From: Macrostomum hystrix
Lineage: Eukaryota > Animalia > Platyhelminthes
Reading direction: 5' to 3'
Assembly: GCA_950097015.1 (NCBI GenBank)
Contig: CATNEN010000015.1
Location: 1,178,001-1,242,000 of the forward strand
Length of the DNA stretch: 64,000 nt
Shown here: positions 1 to 13,700 of the stretch, piece after piece
How the letters are laid out: each line of letters begins with the position of its first letter
How positions within the stretch are numbered: position 1 is the stretch's first letter
Notes under the pieces: generated by a model
Databases searched by the model: none
Seen by the model: the letters and a program-made list of their open reading frames with translations, nothing else
Told to the model about the DNA's origin: nothing
Translations under genes and position numbers: made by a program

Positions 1-3000
1 TCCTCATATTCAGATAGAATCATCCCACATCCTCAGAATCAGATAGAATAATCCCAGATCCTCAGAATCAGATAGAATCATCCCAGATCCTCAGATTCAG
101 ATAGAATCATCCCAGATCCTCATATTCAGATAGAATCATCCCAGATCCTCAGATTCAGATAGAATCATCCCAGATCCTCATATTCAGATAGAATCATCCC
201 AGATCCTCAGATTCAGATAGAATCATCCCAGATCCTCAGAATCAGATAGAATCATCCCAGATCCTCAGAATCAGATAGAATCATTTCAGATCCTCAGATT
301 CAGATAGAATCATCCCAGATCCTCAGATTCGGATAGAATCATCCCGGATCCTCATATTCAGATAGAATCATCCCAGATCCTCATATTCAGATAGAATCAT
401 CCCAGATCCTCATATTCAGATAGAATCATCCCAGATCCTCAGATTCAGATAGAATCATCCCAGATCCTCAGATTCAGATAGAATCATCCCAGATCCTCAT
501 ATTCAGATAGAATCATCCCAGATCCTCATATTCAGATAGAATCATCCCAGATCCTCAGATTCAGATAGAATCATCCCAGATCCTCAGAATCAGATAGAAT
601 CATCCCAGATCCTCAGATTCGGATAGAATCATCCCGGATCCTCATATTCAGATAGAATCATCCCAGATCCTCATATTCAGATAGAATCATCCCAGATCCT
701 CATATTCAGATAGAATCATCCCAGATCCTCATATTCAGATAGAATCATCCCAGATCCTCAGATTCAGATAGAATCATTCCAGATCCTCAGATTCAGATAG
801 AATCATCCCAGATCCTCAGATTCAGATAGAATCATCCCAGATCCTCAGATTCAGATAAAATCATTTCAGATCCTCATTTTCAGATAGAATCATCCCAGAT
901 CCTCAGATTCAGATAAAATCATCCCAGATCCTCAGATTCAGATAGAATCATTTCAGATCCTCATATTCAGATAGAATCATCCCAGATCCTCAGATTCAGA
1001 TAGAATCATCCCAGATCCTCATATTCAGATACAATCATTTCAGATCCTCATATTCAGATAGAATAATCCCAGATCCTCAGATTCAGATAGAATCATCCCA
1101 GATCCTCATATTCAGATACAATCATTTCAGATCCTCATATTCAGATAGAATAATCCCAGATCCTCAGATTCAGATAGAATCATCCCAGATCCTCATATTC
1201 AGATAGAATCATCCCAGATCCTCAGATTCAGATAGAATCATCCCAGATCCTCAGATTCAGATAGAATCATCCCAGATCCTCAGATTCAGATAGAATCATC
1301 CCAGATCCTCAGATTCAGATAGAATCATTTCAGATCCTCATATTCAGATAGAATCATCCCACATCCTCAGAATCAGATAGAATAATCCCAGATCCTCAGA
1401 ATCAGATAGAATCATCCCAGATCCTCAGATTCAGATAGAATCATCCCAGATCCTCATATTCAGATAGAATTATCCCAGATCCTCAGATTCAGATAGAATC
1501 ATCCCAGATCCTCATATTCAGATAGAATCATCCCAGATCCTCAGATTCAGATAGAATCATCCCAGATCCTCAGAATCAGATAGAATCATCCCAGATCCTC
1601 AGAATCAGATAGAATCATCCCAGATCCTCAGATTCAGATAGAATCATCCCAGATCCTCAGATTCGGATAGAATCATCCCGGATCCTCATATTCAGATAGA
1701 ATCATCCCAGATCCTCATATTCAGATAGAATCATCCCAGATCCTCATATTCAGATAGAATCATCCCAGATCCTCATATTCAGATAGAATCATCCCAGATC
1801 CTCAGATTCAGATAGAATCATTCCAGATCCTCAGATTCAGATAGAATCATCCCAGATCCTCAGATTCAGATAGAATCATCCCAGATCCTCAGATTCAGAT
1901 AAAATCATCCCAGATCCTCAGATTCAGATAGAATCATCCCAGATCCTCAGATTCAGATAGAATCATCCCAGATCCTCATATTCAGATAGAATCATCCCAG
2001 ATCCTCAGATTCAGATAGAATCATCCCAGATCCTCAGATTCGGATAGAATCATCCCGGATCCTCATATTCAGATAGAACCATCCCAGATCCTCATATTCA
2101 GATAGAATCATCCCAGATCCTCATATTCAGATAGAATCATCCCAGATCCTCATATTCAGATAGAATCATCCCAGATCCTCAGATTCAGATAGAATCATTC
2201 CAGATCCTCAGATTCAGATAGAATCATCCCAGATCCTCAGATTCAGATAGAATCATCCCAGATCCTCAGATTCAGATAAAATCATTTCAGATCCTCATTT
2301 TCAGATAGAATCATCCCAGATCCTCAGATTCAGATAAAATCATCCCAGATCCTCAGATTCAGATAGAATCATTTCAGATCCTCATATTCAGATAGAATCA
2401 TCCCAGATCCTCAGATTCAGATAGAATCATCCCAGATCCTCAGATTCAGATAGAATCATCCCAGATCCTCAGATTCAGATAGAATCATCCCAGATCCTCA
2501 GATTCGGATAGAATCATCCGAAATCCTCAGATTCAGATAGAATCATCCCAGATCCTCAGATTCAGATAGAATCATCCCAGATCCTCAGATTCAGATAGAA
2601 TCATCCCAGATTCTCAGATTCAGATAGAATCATTTCAGATCCTCAGAATCAGATAGAATCATCCCAGATCCTCAGATTCAGATAGAATCATCCCAGATCC
2701 TCATATTCAGATAGAATCATCCCAGATCCTCAGATTCAGATAGAATCATCCCAGATCCTCATATTCAGATAGAATCATCCCAGATCCTCAGATTCAGATA
2801 GAATCATCCCAGATCCTCAGATTCAGATAGAATCATCCCAGATCCTGAGATTCAGATAGAATCATCCCAGATCCTGAGATTCAGATAGAATCATTTCAGA
2901 TCCTCATATTCAGATAGAATCATCCCAGATCCTCAGAATCAGATAGAATCATCCCAGATCCTCAGAATCAGATAGAATCATCCCAGATCCTCTGATTCAG

Positions 3001-4670
3001 ATAGAATCATTCCAGATTCTCAGAATCAGATAGAATCATCCCAGATCCTCAGAATCAGATAGAATCATCCCAGATCCTCATATTCAGATAGAATCATCCC
3101 AGATCCTCAGATTCAGATAGAATCATCCCAGATCCTCAGATTCAGATAGAATCATCCCAGATCCTGAGATTCAGATAGAATCATTTCAGATCCTCATATT
3201 CAGATAGAATCATCCCACATCCTCAGAATCAGATAGAATAATCCCAGATCCTCAGAATCAGATAGAATCATCCCAGATCCTCATATTCAGATAGAATCAT
3301 TTCAGATCCTCAGATTCAGATAGAATCATCCCAGATCCTCATATTCAGATAGAATCATCCCAGATCCTCAGATTCAGATAGAATCATCCCAGATCCTGAG
3401 ATTCAGATAGAATCATTTCAGATCCTCATATTCAGATAGAATCATCCCAGATCCTCAGAATCAGATAGAATCATCCCAGATCCTCAGAATCAGATAGAAT
3501 CATCCCAGATCCTCTGATTCAGATAGAATCATTCCAGATTCTCAGAATCAGATAGAATCATCCCAGATCCTCAGAATCAGATAGAATCATCCCAGATCCT
3601 CATATTCAGATAGAATCATCCCAGATCCTCAGATTCAGATAGAATCATCCCAGATCCTCAGATTCAGATAGAATCATCCCAGATCCTGAGATTCAGATAG
3701 AATCATTTCAGATCCTCATATTCAGATAGAATCATCCCACATCCTCAGAATCAGATAGAATAATCCCAGATCCTCAGAATCAGATAGAATCATCCCAGAT
3801 CCTCATATTCAGATAGAATCATTTCAGATCCTCAGATTCAGATAGAATCATCCCAGATCCTCATATTCAGATAGAATCATCCCAGATCCTCAGATTCAGA
3901 TAGAATCATCCCAGATCCTCATATTCAGATAGAATCATCCCAGATCCTCAGATTCAGATAGAATCATCCCAGATCCTCAGATTCAGATAGAATCATCCCA
4001 GATCCTCAGATTCAGATAGAATCATCCCAGATCCTGAGATTCAGATAGAATCATTTCAGATCCTCATATTCAGATAGAATCATCCCAGATCCTCAGAATC
4101 AGATAGAATCATCCCAGATCCTCAGAATCAGATAGAATCATCCCAGATCCTCTGATTCAGATAGAATCATTCCAGATTCTCAGAATCAGATAGAATCATC
4201 CCAGATCCTCAGAATCAGATAGAATCATCCCAGATCCTCATATTCAGATAGAATCATCCCAGATCCTCAGATTCAGATAGAATCATCCCAGATCCTCAGA
4301 TTCAGATAGAATCATCCCAGATCCTGAGATTCAGATAGAATCATTTCAGATCCTCATATTCAGATAGAATCATCCCACATCCTCAGAATCAGATAGAATA
4401 ATCCCAGATCCTCAGAATCAGATAGAATCATCCCAGATCCTCATATTCAGATAGAATCATTTCAGATCCTCATATTCAGATAGAATCATCCCAGATCCTC
4501 AGATTCAGATAGAATCATCCCAGATCCTCAGATTCAGATAGAATCATCCCAGATCCTCAGATTCAGATAGAATCATCCCAGATCCTGAGATTCAGATAGA
4601 ATCATTTCAGATCCTCATATTCAGATAGAATCATCCCAGATCCTCAGATTCATATAGAAATCTCCCAGAT
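1..4670. repeat. 29-bp tandem array (consensus TCAGATAGAATCATCCCAGATCCTCAGAT), ~160 copies, probably inside an upstream TPR intron
   Basis: Period of 29 read directly (e.g. gatagaatca at 71 and 100). The array runs off the window start and ends ~90 bp before the acceptor at 4760. Confidence 0.97.
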
Positions 4671-4673
4671 CAT

Positions 4674-4738
4674 TCGTGATGGGAGTTCGTATTCGTGATG
4701 GGAGTTCGTATTCGTGATGGGAGTTCGTATTCGTGATG
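4674..4738. repeat. Short 19-bp tandem repeat (GGGAGTTCGTATTCGTGAT x~3.5)
   Basis: Directly visible between the 29-bp array and the first TPR exon. Confidence 0.85.
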
Positions 4739-4760
4739 AGGGTATTTTGTCTGTAATCAG

Positions 4761-7700
4761 GTCGCATCGAGCGCCTAGAAACTGAGCGCCAGCACCTGGA
4801 AGATCGGGTTCGCCTGCTCGAGTCCCAGCTGACTGAGCATCTGTCATCAGCATCGACCTCCGCTGCCGCTGCTTCGGCTGCCCAGTTGGAGAGTTCAACG
4901 CTCTCGGCACTCAGCTCCGGCGCCGAGGAGCTGCGCAGTCTTCGAGCCAAGCTGGACAGCTCGGAGTCTCGATCAGCTGAGTTGTCAGCCCGCCTGGAAT
5001 CGGCTCTGGCCCGGCTGGAATCTGATCGGGAGGAGCGGCAGCAACTGGAGGAGTCTTATCAGCGCCAGCTGGCTGCTGAGCGAGCCGCTGCCGAGCTGTC
5101 CAAGGCAACAGCTGATGAGCAGATGAGCAAGTGAGATTTCGCAATCGTCTGCTCTTAATTAGATTGTCCTTCTGTGTGTTTGGTTTTCTGTATTTCACGG
5201 TAGTGTCATTGTCTCTAATATACAGCATTATGTATCATTTACTCAAGCCTTATTGTAGTCTGTTCTGCTTTGCCGTGTGTGCCTCTGGGAACAGACTGTG
5301 CAGTCTGAACAGTCTGTTATTCACTGTACAGTCTGTTATTCACTGTACAGTCTGTTATTCACTGTACAGTCTGTTATTCACTGTACAGTATGTTATTCAC
5401 TGTACAGTCTGTTATTCACTGTACAGTCTGTTATTCACTGTACAGTATGTTATTCACTGTACAGTCTGTTATTCACTGTACAGTCTGTTATTCACTGTAC
5501 AGTCTGTTATTCACTGTACAGTCTGTTATTCACTGTACAGTATGTTATTCACTGTACAGTCTGTTATTCACTGTACAGTCTGTTATTCACAGTACAGTCT
5601 GTTATTCACTGTACAGTCTGTTATTCACTGTACAGTCTGTTATTCACTGTACAGTCTATGGTTGAATACACCTGGTCTAGCCCTTTCTGATCACAATGCA
5701 CACAGTAAATGACGATTCCCTTCGACTGGTCCCGCTGTCCAGGTGCTCGGAGCTGGCCAGCGCTGCTGACGGCATGCGAGCCCGCCTGGCCGAGGCCGGC
5801 AGAGATCGCCAGCTGTTGGAGCGCAGCTATGCCAGCCAGCTGTCGGTGGCGGCCGAACGGCAGTCCGAGCTGGAGTCGACCATCGCTGAGTTGAAGTCGC
5901 GCCTAGCCGAGGCCGCCAGCGAGGTAGACAGGCTGCGCGCCGGCATCGGTGCCCTGTCCGAGGCGGAGATCGAGCGCCTGGCACCCGCCGCCGCAGCCAC
6001 CAGCCGCATGCTGAAGCGGGGAAAGACTCTCACGCAGATCTACGCTGAGCACGTGGAGGTCCAGGGCCAGCTGTCCGCGGCACGCCTGGAGGCTGACAAA
6101 GCCAACTTGGCGGTGGCACATATCCTTGAAGAGATTCAGGCCAAGGTGCCGCTGCTTCGCCGGCGTCAGGATGAGTACCGGCGGGTCCGGCTGTCCGCCA
6201 GTGAGCTGGCCAAGCGGCTCGACGACTCCGTGGCCCAGATGTGCGATCTGAAGCGCGGCAATGAGGAGCTGGCAAGGAAGGCCACCTTCTTTGAAAGGGA
6301 GAATGCTAGACTGAAGGCCAGGGCTAAAGATCTGGGCGAGCAGGTGAGGGGCTCGACTTTTGACTATTCTGTATGTTGCACGGTTCATTCTGTGTGTTGC
6401 ACGGCTCATTCTGTGTGTTTCACGGCTCATTCTGTGTGTTTCACGGCTCATTCTGTGTGTTGCACGGTTCATTCTGTGTGTTGCACGGCTCATTCTGTGT
6501 GTTTCACGGTTCATTCTGTGTGTTTCACAGCTCATTCTGTGTGTTTCACGGCTCATTCTGTGTGTTGCACGGCTCATTCTGTGTGTTTCACGGCTCATTC
6601 TGTGTGTTTCACGGCTCATTCTGTGTGTTGCACGGTTCATTCTGTGTGTTGCACGGCTGATTCTGTGTTGCACTCCACTTGACCATCTCAATCTGCGCAG
6701 GTGACTCACCTGCTCGCTGAGGTAGAAGCCGCACGCGGCCGCCCACTAGCCGGAGGTGCTGGGGACGCCAGCTCTGAGGCTGAGGCGGCCCAGCCTGACA
6801 AGGTAGATGAGCAGCAGATGGATGAGGGCAGCAGAGGCGGCTCTCTGCTATCCGAGCAGCCTCAATCGACTCAAGATGTCATCAGCAGTTCGCTGCTGAC
6901 CTTCTCGGACATTCGCCAGCTTCAGCAGCGCAACATCGGCCTGGTGGAGGCGTCGCGCGAGTTGGCCGCCAGGTTGGAGGTTCTGGAGCGGGAACGTAGC
7001 GACGCTAGCGAGCTCCGGCTGCGGCTGGAGGCGGCCACATCCGAGCTGGAGTTGGCCCGCACCGCTGACAGGCAGCACCGAGACCTGCTGCGCGTGGCCA
7101 GTCAGCAGCGGGACATGTACAAGGTGAGCACTGCCTCCTCTTCTGGTGCTGAGTTCTTCATGCGGTTTCACCCTGAGCTCCCTAGGTTTCACCCTCAGTC
7201 CCCTAGGTTTCACCCTCAGTCCCCTAGGTTTCACCCTCAGTCCCCTAGGTTTCACCCTCAGTCCCCTAGGTTTCACCCTGAGTCCCCTAGGTTTCACCCT
7301 CAGTCCCCTAGGTTTCACCCTCAGTCCCCTAGGTTTCACCCTCAGTCCCCTAGGTTTCACCCTGAGCCCCCTAGGTTTCATCCTGATCCCCCTTGGTTTC
7401 ACCCTGAGCCCCCTAGGTTTCACCCTCAGTCCCCTAGGTTTCACCCTCAGTCCCCTAGGTTTCACCCTCAGTCCCCTAGGTTTCACCCTGAGTCCCCTAG
7501 GTTTCACCCTCAGTCCCCTAGGTTTCACCCTCAGTCCCCTAGGTTTCACCCTCAGTCCCCTAGGGTTCACCCTCAGTCCCTAGGTTTCACCCTGAGCCCC
7601 CCAGGTTTCATCCTGATCCCCCTTGGTTTCACCCTGAGCCCCCTAGGTTTCACCCTGAGCCCCCTAGGTTTCACCCTGAGCCCCCTAGGTTTCACCCTCA

Positions 7701-10700
7701 GTCCCCTTGGTTTCACCCTGAGCCCCCTAGGTTTCACCCTGAGCCCCCTAGGTTTCACCCTGAGCCCCCTAGGTTTCATCCTGAGCCCCCTAGGGTTCAC
7801 CCTCAGTCCCCTAGGTTTCATCCTGAGCCCCCTAGGGTTCACCCTCAGTCCCCTAGGTTTCACCCTGAGCCCCCTAGGTTTCATCCTGAGCCCCCTAGGT
7901 TTCATCCTGAGCCCCCTAGGGTTCACCCTCAGTCCCCTAGGGTTCACCCTCAGTCCCCTAGGTTTCACCCTGAGCCCCTAGGTTTCATCCTGAGCCCCCT
8001 AGGTTTCACCCTGAGCCCCCTAGGTTTCATCCTGAGCCCCCTAGGGTTCACCCTCAGTCCCCTAGGTTTCACCCTCAGTCCCCTAGGTTTCACCCTGAGC
8101 CCCCTAGGTTTCATCCTGAGCCCCCTAGGGTTCACCCTCAGTCCCCTAGGGTTCACCCTCAGTCCCCTAGGTTTCACCCTGAGCCCCCTAGGTTTCACCC
8201 TGAGCCCCCTAGGTTTCATCCTGAGCCCCCTAGGTTTCATCCTGAGTTCATGAGGTTTCATCCTAAGTTCATAAGGTTTTATTCTGAGTTCATGAGGTTT
8301 CATTCTTTCCTGATTTCCTCTCCTTGATTTCCGAAGCTTTTATTATCAGCATCAACGACCTCTATCTGATTTGTTAGAAAAAAATTCAAAAAGCGCATCG
8401 CTTTACTTATTAGCAGACTATCTAGCAAAAATTGTATTTGATAGCCAGCAATTCTCATATTCGTTCGCAGCTGCTACTGGAATCCGCCAAGAATTCTTCC
8501 GCCACTGATTCGGCTGCCGCTGCGGCTGCTGCGGCCCCAGTTGCCACAGAGGTGACCAGCCAGCAGCAGCAGCAGCAGTCCTCATCCTCGGCCAGCAGCG
8601 CAGCGCTCGTTGCCGCCCACGCCGAGCTGTCAGCCGTTCGCTCCCAGCTGGCTGAGCGGGATCGTCAGCGCGCCGTTGAGTTGGAGTGCGCCCGCGCCGA
8701 ACTCCTCGAAGCGCGCCGCACCAGCTCCCGCCTGTCTGCCCGCCTAGAGGCCGCTCAGCGACGCGCCGAGCTTGGCGAGGCCGGCTGCGCGCGCTATCGC
8801 CGCGAGATTGACCTCTTGCGCGAGATGAACGAGAAGTACGTGGGCATGCTGGCCAGGCACGAGCGGGAGGCGGTGCAGCTGCAGGCCCAGCTCATTGACC
8901 GGGCCGAGTCCAGGGCCCGGCTGGAGGCCCAGCTGGAGTTGGCCCGCCAGCAGGCCAAGGCGCTGAGAGCTGCCGAGGCGAGGCTAACTGTGGAGTGCGA
9001 GCAGCTGAGGCAGGACCGGCTGAGGCAAGGCCTGCTCATGACCAGCCTGCAGGCTGTGCAGGTGAGTCTGCTGAGAGTCAGCCAGGACGTCTGGCCTTCT
9101 TGCACCTGTGCGGCGTGGGTTGCATAGAACTCAATTAGTGAGAATGTAGCACAGTGTTTAAATGTGCGAAATTCAGACCGATAGGTCATGGGTTCGAATC
9201 CATGTTTTTAACAGTAGAAAGACCACTGGAGTATTTCAAATATCCACTGCCTACTTCGCGACAGCTCCCAAATCTAATGACCGATTTTTGCGAAAGTTTT
9301 CCGCCCTCAAAGCCGTCCGAGTCAGCATCGTCGAGATATTCAGCGATTCTTGTCGAAGAACCGGTTGGCAAGGACAACTAATGTAGCTCTGCATAAACCT
9401 CTGTGGCGAATCCAATTTCGGCTTCATCAGTGAAATTAGAGAAATTCGCGTCAGGGTGTCCATAGTAGTCTATTTCCACCTGTTGTAGCCCTTGAAGGTC
9501 CAGCAAATCCGTCTAAATAAAGGTCGGTGACCGCCGAAGACGGAGATGATGCAAGCACATTCGGGTGACATGCTGATAAAGTTTAAAGGTCTGGAAAGGC
9601 CACACTGAGTCGCAGTGCAAATCCGTGTATAGGGGTGTATGAAATACACTAGCTCTTATGCGAAAAATCTGACCTTCGGCCAGAAACATTGAATATCTCG
9701 CCGGTCTGAAGAGCTGGCGACTTGTTTCTTGTTTCAGAAGATGCGCAACAAAAAGTTGGCCCGTGTTCTTGAGTTTCGTGTGCTTGCATTGTTCCGTTCG
9801 GGTGCAGCAAATAATTGTCAGAGGGGGGGGTAAAACTGGTGCCAACGTCAGCTGCAGTTTTGCGGCTGGCTGTACATCTCGTGAACCCTTCTTCAGGGCG
9901 CCTTCCGCTTGTTTTCCTACACACAATGTGGCGCAGTTCATCGCTTATGAATTATTTGCAAAATTAGCCTCGTCGGAATTCCCGAGGTCGGGAGGTCGGT
10001 GGCAGAGCGGTTAGCGCGGCTGCCTCTCGCACCACGGTCCCTAAGTTCGATTCCACGGCGAGGGCACATTTATTTGGGGCGCAGCCGCGGAGAGAAGGCT
10101 TGTGGGGCTTGTCGTGCAATTTACGCCCTTGAGGGCCAACCTCCAAGGCACAGTGAAATGTACACTGCCTGACAATGAGAAAGTCAGGCAGATGTACACA
10201 CCTGTGTGAGCTTATGCCTGCGTACAGTATCTGTGTGCGTGTGCGCTCAGGAGTCAGCGAAATGGGCAAAATTGCCTCCTCGCTGGCTGCGGGTCTAGTG
10301 TCACTAAATGATGTGCCATTGCCCGCAGCCCTCCTGCAATTATTATTATTATTCCCCAGGTCAACCTGGAGAAACGCGACCAAGAAGTTCGCCTGGCTGC
10401 CGAAGCTCGAGTGTCGGCAGCTGCAGAGCGGGCCGCCTCCCTGGAACGCCGGTTGGCCGATGCCGTGTCCGCAGCGTCAGCCGAGCGGTCAGCCGCCGAG
10501 GCAGCGGCTGCCAACTCCGCCAAGCAGCTGGCAGAGCTCTCCGAGCGCCTGGCCGCAGCTCAGGCCCGGCTGAAATCTGCCGAGGAGCTGGTCGCCAACT
10601 CTGCGGCCGCAGCTGCCGCCGCCGCCGGAGTCAAGTCTGCCGCTGCCGAGGAGGACTCGGCGTCAGCGGAGCAGCCGGAGCCTGTCGACGCTTCGGGCCA

Positions 10701-13700
10701 GACTGCTTCCGCTCTCGCCAGCGAGCAGGAGCTGGGGGCCCTGCGGGAGCGAGTGCAGGCCCTGGAGCGAGACTGCGACTTCCTCAGAGGCCAGGTGGAC
10801 AATTATCGGGCCATGGCGGAGGGCGCCGAAGCTCGCCTCACTCAGCAAGCCGAGGAGCACGCGGCGGCTCTGGCCGAAGCCGAGAGTCGTCTCAAAGAGA
10901 GGCAGGAGTCCATTGACTACTATCGGTGAGCTGCGCCTTGGACTAACTTCTTTTAAGATACTAATGCTGCTGGATATTTTGTTGTTCTTCCCAATGTCTG
11001 TCAGTGCAGTCTATCGCGTTTGCATATCGCGCACCAAGGTCGATTCTGCGGTGACGCCACATTCATTTGTGACGTCAAGAAGGCTAGAAGGCTTGTCGAG
11101 AAATTTAGGCACAATGAGAGTGTACACTGCCTGATGATGAGAATTCAGGTACACACCTTTGTGAGGATGTGTTCAGGAGTCGGCGAAGAGGGCAGAATTG
11201 CCTCGTCGCTTACTGCGGGTCTAGTGTCACCCAATGATGAACTATTGTCCACAGCCCTTCTGAAATTTTTGTTTTTATTATTGTATTATATTTTATAAAA
11301 TGTACTTGTCCTCTTCTGCAATATCCTTCTCCTACTCCCTCTGCGAAGCTTTCTTGTTCCCCAATCCCATGTGTGATGAGATTTCTCTAACCAGTGTTCC
11401 TCACCGCTGAACCCACAGCGCCCAGCTGGACAGCCTGGAGCGGGAGCGCCAGTCGCTGGTGAGTGATCGCTTCAAGCAGACCGAGGAGGCCCACGCCATG
11501 AACGCCGACCTGCGTAAGCAGCTGCACGACCGGCAGCAGGAGCTGCAGGCAGCTCTGGATCGCCGCAACGCCGCTGTCGGAGCCGAGGAGCGGGCGAAGG
11601 CGCGGGCTGCTAGAGAGGCCGCCAAAGCAGCGGAGGCCGACAATAAGTACCAACAGGAGCTGCTGCTGCACGCCGCCGATGCCCAGGCGATGCAGGCGGT
11701 GCACAAGGAGCTGGCCGAAGCTGAGCGGCGCTGCCAGGAGGCTGGCGAATCGGCGCGCCGTGCTAGCGCCGAGGCACAGCAGAGAATCGCGACCTTGACA
11801 GCCGAGGTCGATCGGCTTAAGGCGGCCAAGGCGGACGCTGAGGCGAAGCTCACTCAGCTGGCGGGCGACTTCAGCGAAGCCAGGAAGCGACTGCTGGCGA
11901 CTGAAGAGGGGACCGCCCAGTCAGCTGCTTCAACAGGCGCAGGTCGCGGGGGTGTTGCCAAGGAGCTGGCTGGCCAGCTGCAGGTGAGACTCTATTGCCC
12001 TAAAATAAACAATCAGCAAATATGACAATATGGTTCATAGTCATTCACTTATTCAACATGTTCACCACCATTGTCCTTGCCGACGATGCGCCAGACCTCT
12101 GGTTCCGGTACCCACGCTCTTGAGTCCGCATTGCGTACCGCTTCATTGCAAGCAGCTTCGTTGTGCTCAATGCTGTCGAATCGATTGACCCGAATGGGCT
12201 TTTTCACACTTAGAAATAGGTAAAAGTCACACAACGTGACAAGTCATGCGAATAGGGTGGATGCTGAAGCACTTCCCAGCCCCATCTGGTTAGAAGATCC
12301 ACGAAATTGTGCTTGCGATGTGCTGGTGCATTGTGTCGTGATCAGACAATGCAACAGATCACACTCAGATTCCAGCAAGCCAGGACGCTTCTTTCGAATC
12401 GCTGGACGCAACTTCTGCTGGATCCACTTGAGTAGTGCCCATTGACGGTGGTTCCATGGGGCACTGCCCAGTTCAGATAGACTCCGTGGGCATAAAAAAA
12501 CATGATGTGCATGACCTTCAGCGCGACCTGCTTCCTGATTGCCTTCTGTGGCCCCGGAGAATCAGCCGGAAACCATTCAGCAGACTGGGCCTGTGTTTCA
12601 GGATCCCAGCTGTAAGTCCACGTTTCATTTCCGGCCACAATTCTCACAAGAAATTTGTCTCTGTGAAAGCGACGCAGGTGGTTAGTGGCAGCTAGAGCTC
12701 GTTGCATCTTCTGCTCACCTGTCAGAAGGTGCGGCACCCACTTGCAAAACTTCTTCTATGGGTCGAGACGCTCAGTCCGAATGGTATATATACTGCCAAC
12801 TGACACTCCTACCTCTTCTGCCAGCTCTTCGCTTGTCCGTCGCCGATTATTATCCAGGAGCTCTTGGACTTTCTTCATCTTGGTTGCTTGCAGTCATTGG
12901 CTTTCCTGAACGATCATTGTTTTCAATGCTTTCTCTCCGTAAACAACCGGCACCACTTGCGAACCGTCTGCTCAGTTTGTGCGTTGCTGCAAGCGAACCG
13001 TCTGCTCAGTTTGTGCGTTGCTGCAAGCGAACCGTCTACTCAGTTTGTGTGTTGCTGCAAGCGAACTGTCTGCTCAGTTTGTGCGTTGCTGCAAGCGAAC
13101 CGTCTGCTCAGTTTGTGCGTTGCTGCAAGCGAACCGTCTGCTCAGTTTGTGCGTTGCTGCAAGCGAACCGTCTGCTCAGTTTGTGCGTTGCTGCAAGCGA
13201 ACCGTCTGCTCAGTTTGTGCGTTGCTGCAAGCGAACCGTCTGCTCAGTTTGTGCGTTGCTGCAAGCGAACCGTCTGCTCAGTTTGTGCGTTGCTGCAAGC
13301 GAACCGTCTGCTCAGTTTGTGCGTTGCTGCAAGCGAACCGTCTGCTCAGTTTGTGCGTTGCTGCAAGCGAACCGTCTGCTCAGTTTGTGCGTTGCTGCAA
13401 GCGAACCGTCTGCTCAGTTTGTGCGTTGCTGCAAGCGAACCGTCTGCTCAGTTTGTGCGTTGCTGCAAGCGAACCGTCTGCTCAGTTTGTGCGTTGCTGC
13501 AAGCGAACCGTCTGCTCAGTTTGTGCGTTGCTGCAAGCGAACCGTCTGCTCAGTTTGTGCGTTGCTGCAAGCGAACCGTCTGCTCAGTTTGTGCGTTGCT
13601 GCAAGCGAACCGTCTGCTCAGTTTGTGCGTTGCTGCAAAATCTTGCTGAAGCTCTCGGAACATCTCCGGAGACTTTTTCTTTTGCAGAAATTGTATCTTC

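Noticed and set aside
5131-8303. Long repetitive ORFs such as (PQSPRFH)n, (LSPLGFT)n, (VIHCTVCYSLYSLLFTVQS)n and (HRMSRET)n
   Set aside because: They are stop-free translations of intronic minisatellites; canonical splice sites remove them and keep the TPR frame.
9395-9445. Hammerhead-like core CTGATGA..GAAA on the minus strand
   Set aside because: Stem II is only 4 nt long and I could not build convincing stems I and III.
9993-10070. Possible tRNA gene
   Set aside because: A and B boxes are present but there is no closing acceptor stem; the sequence continues into a shared body and (ATT)n tail, so it is a SINE head.
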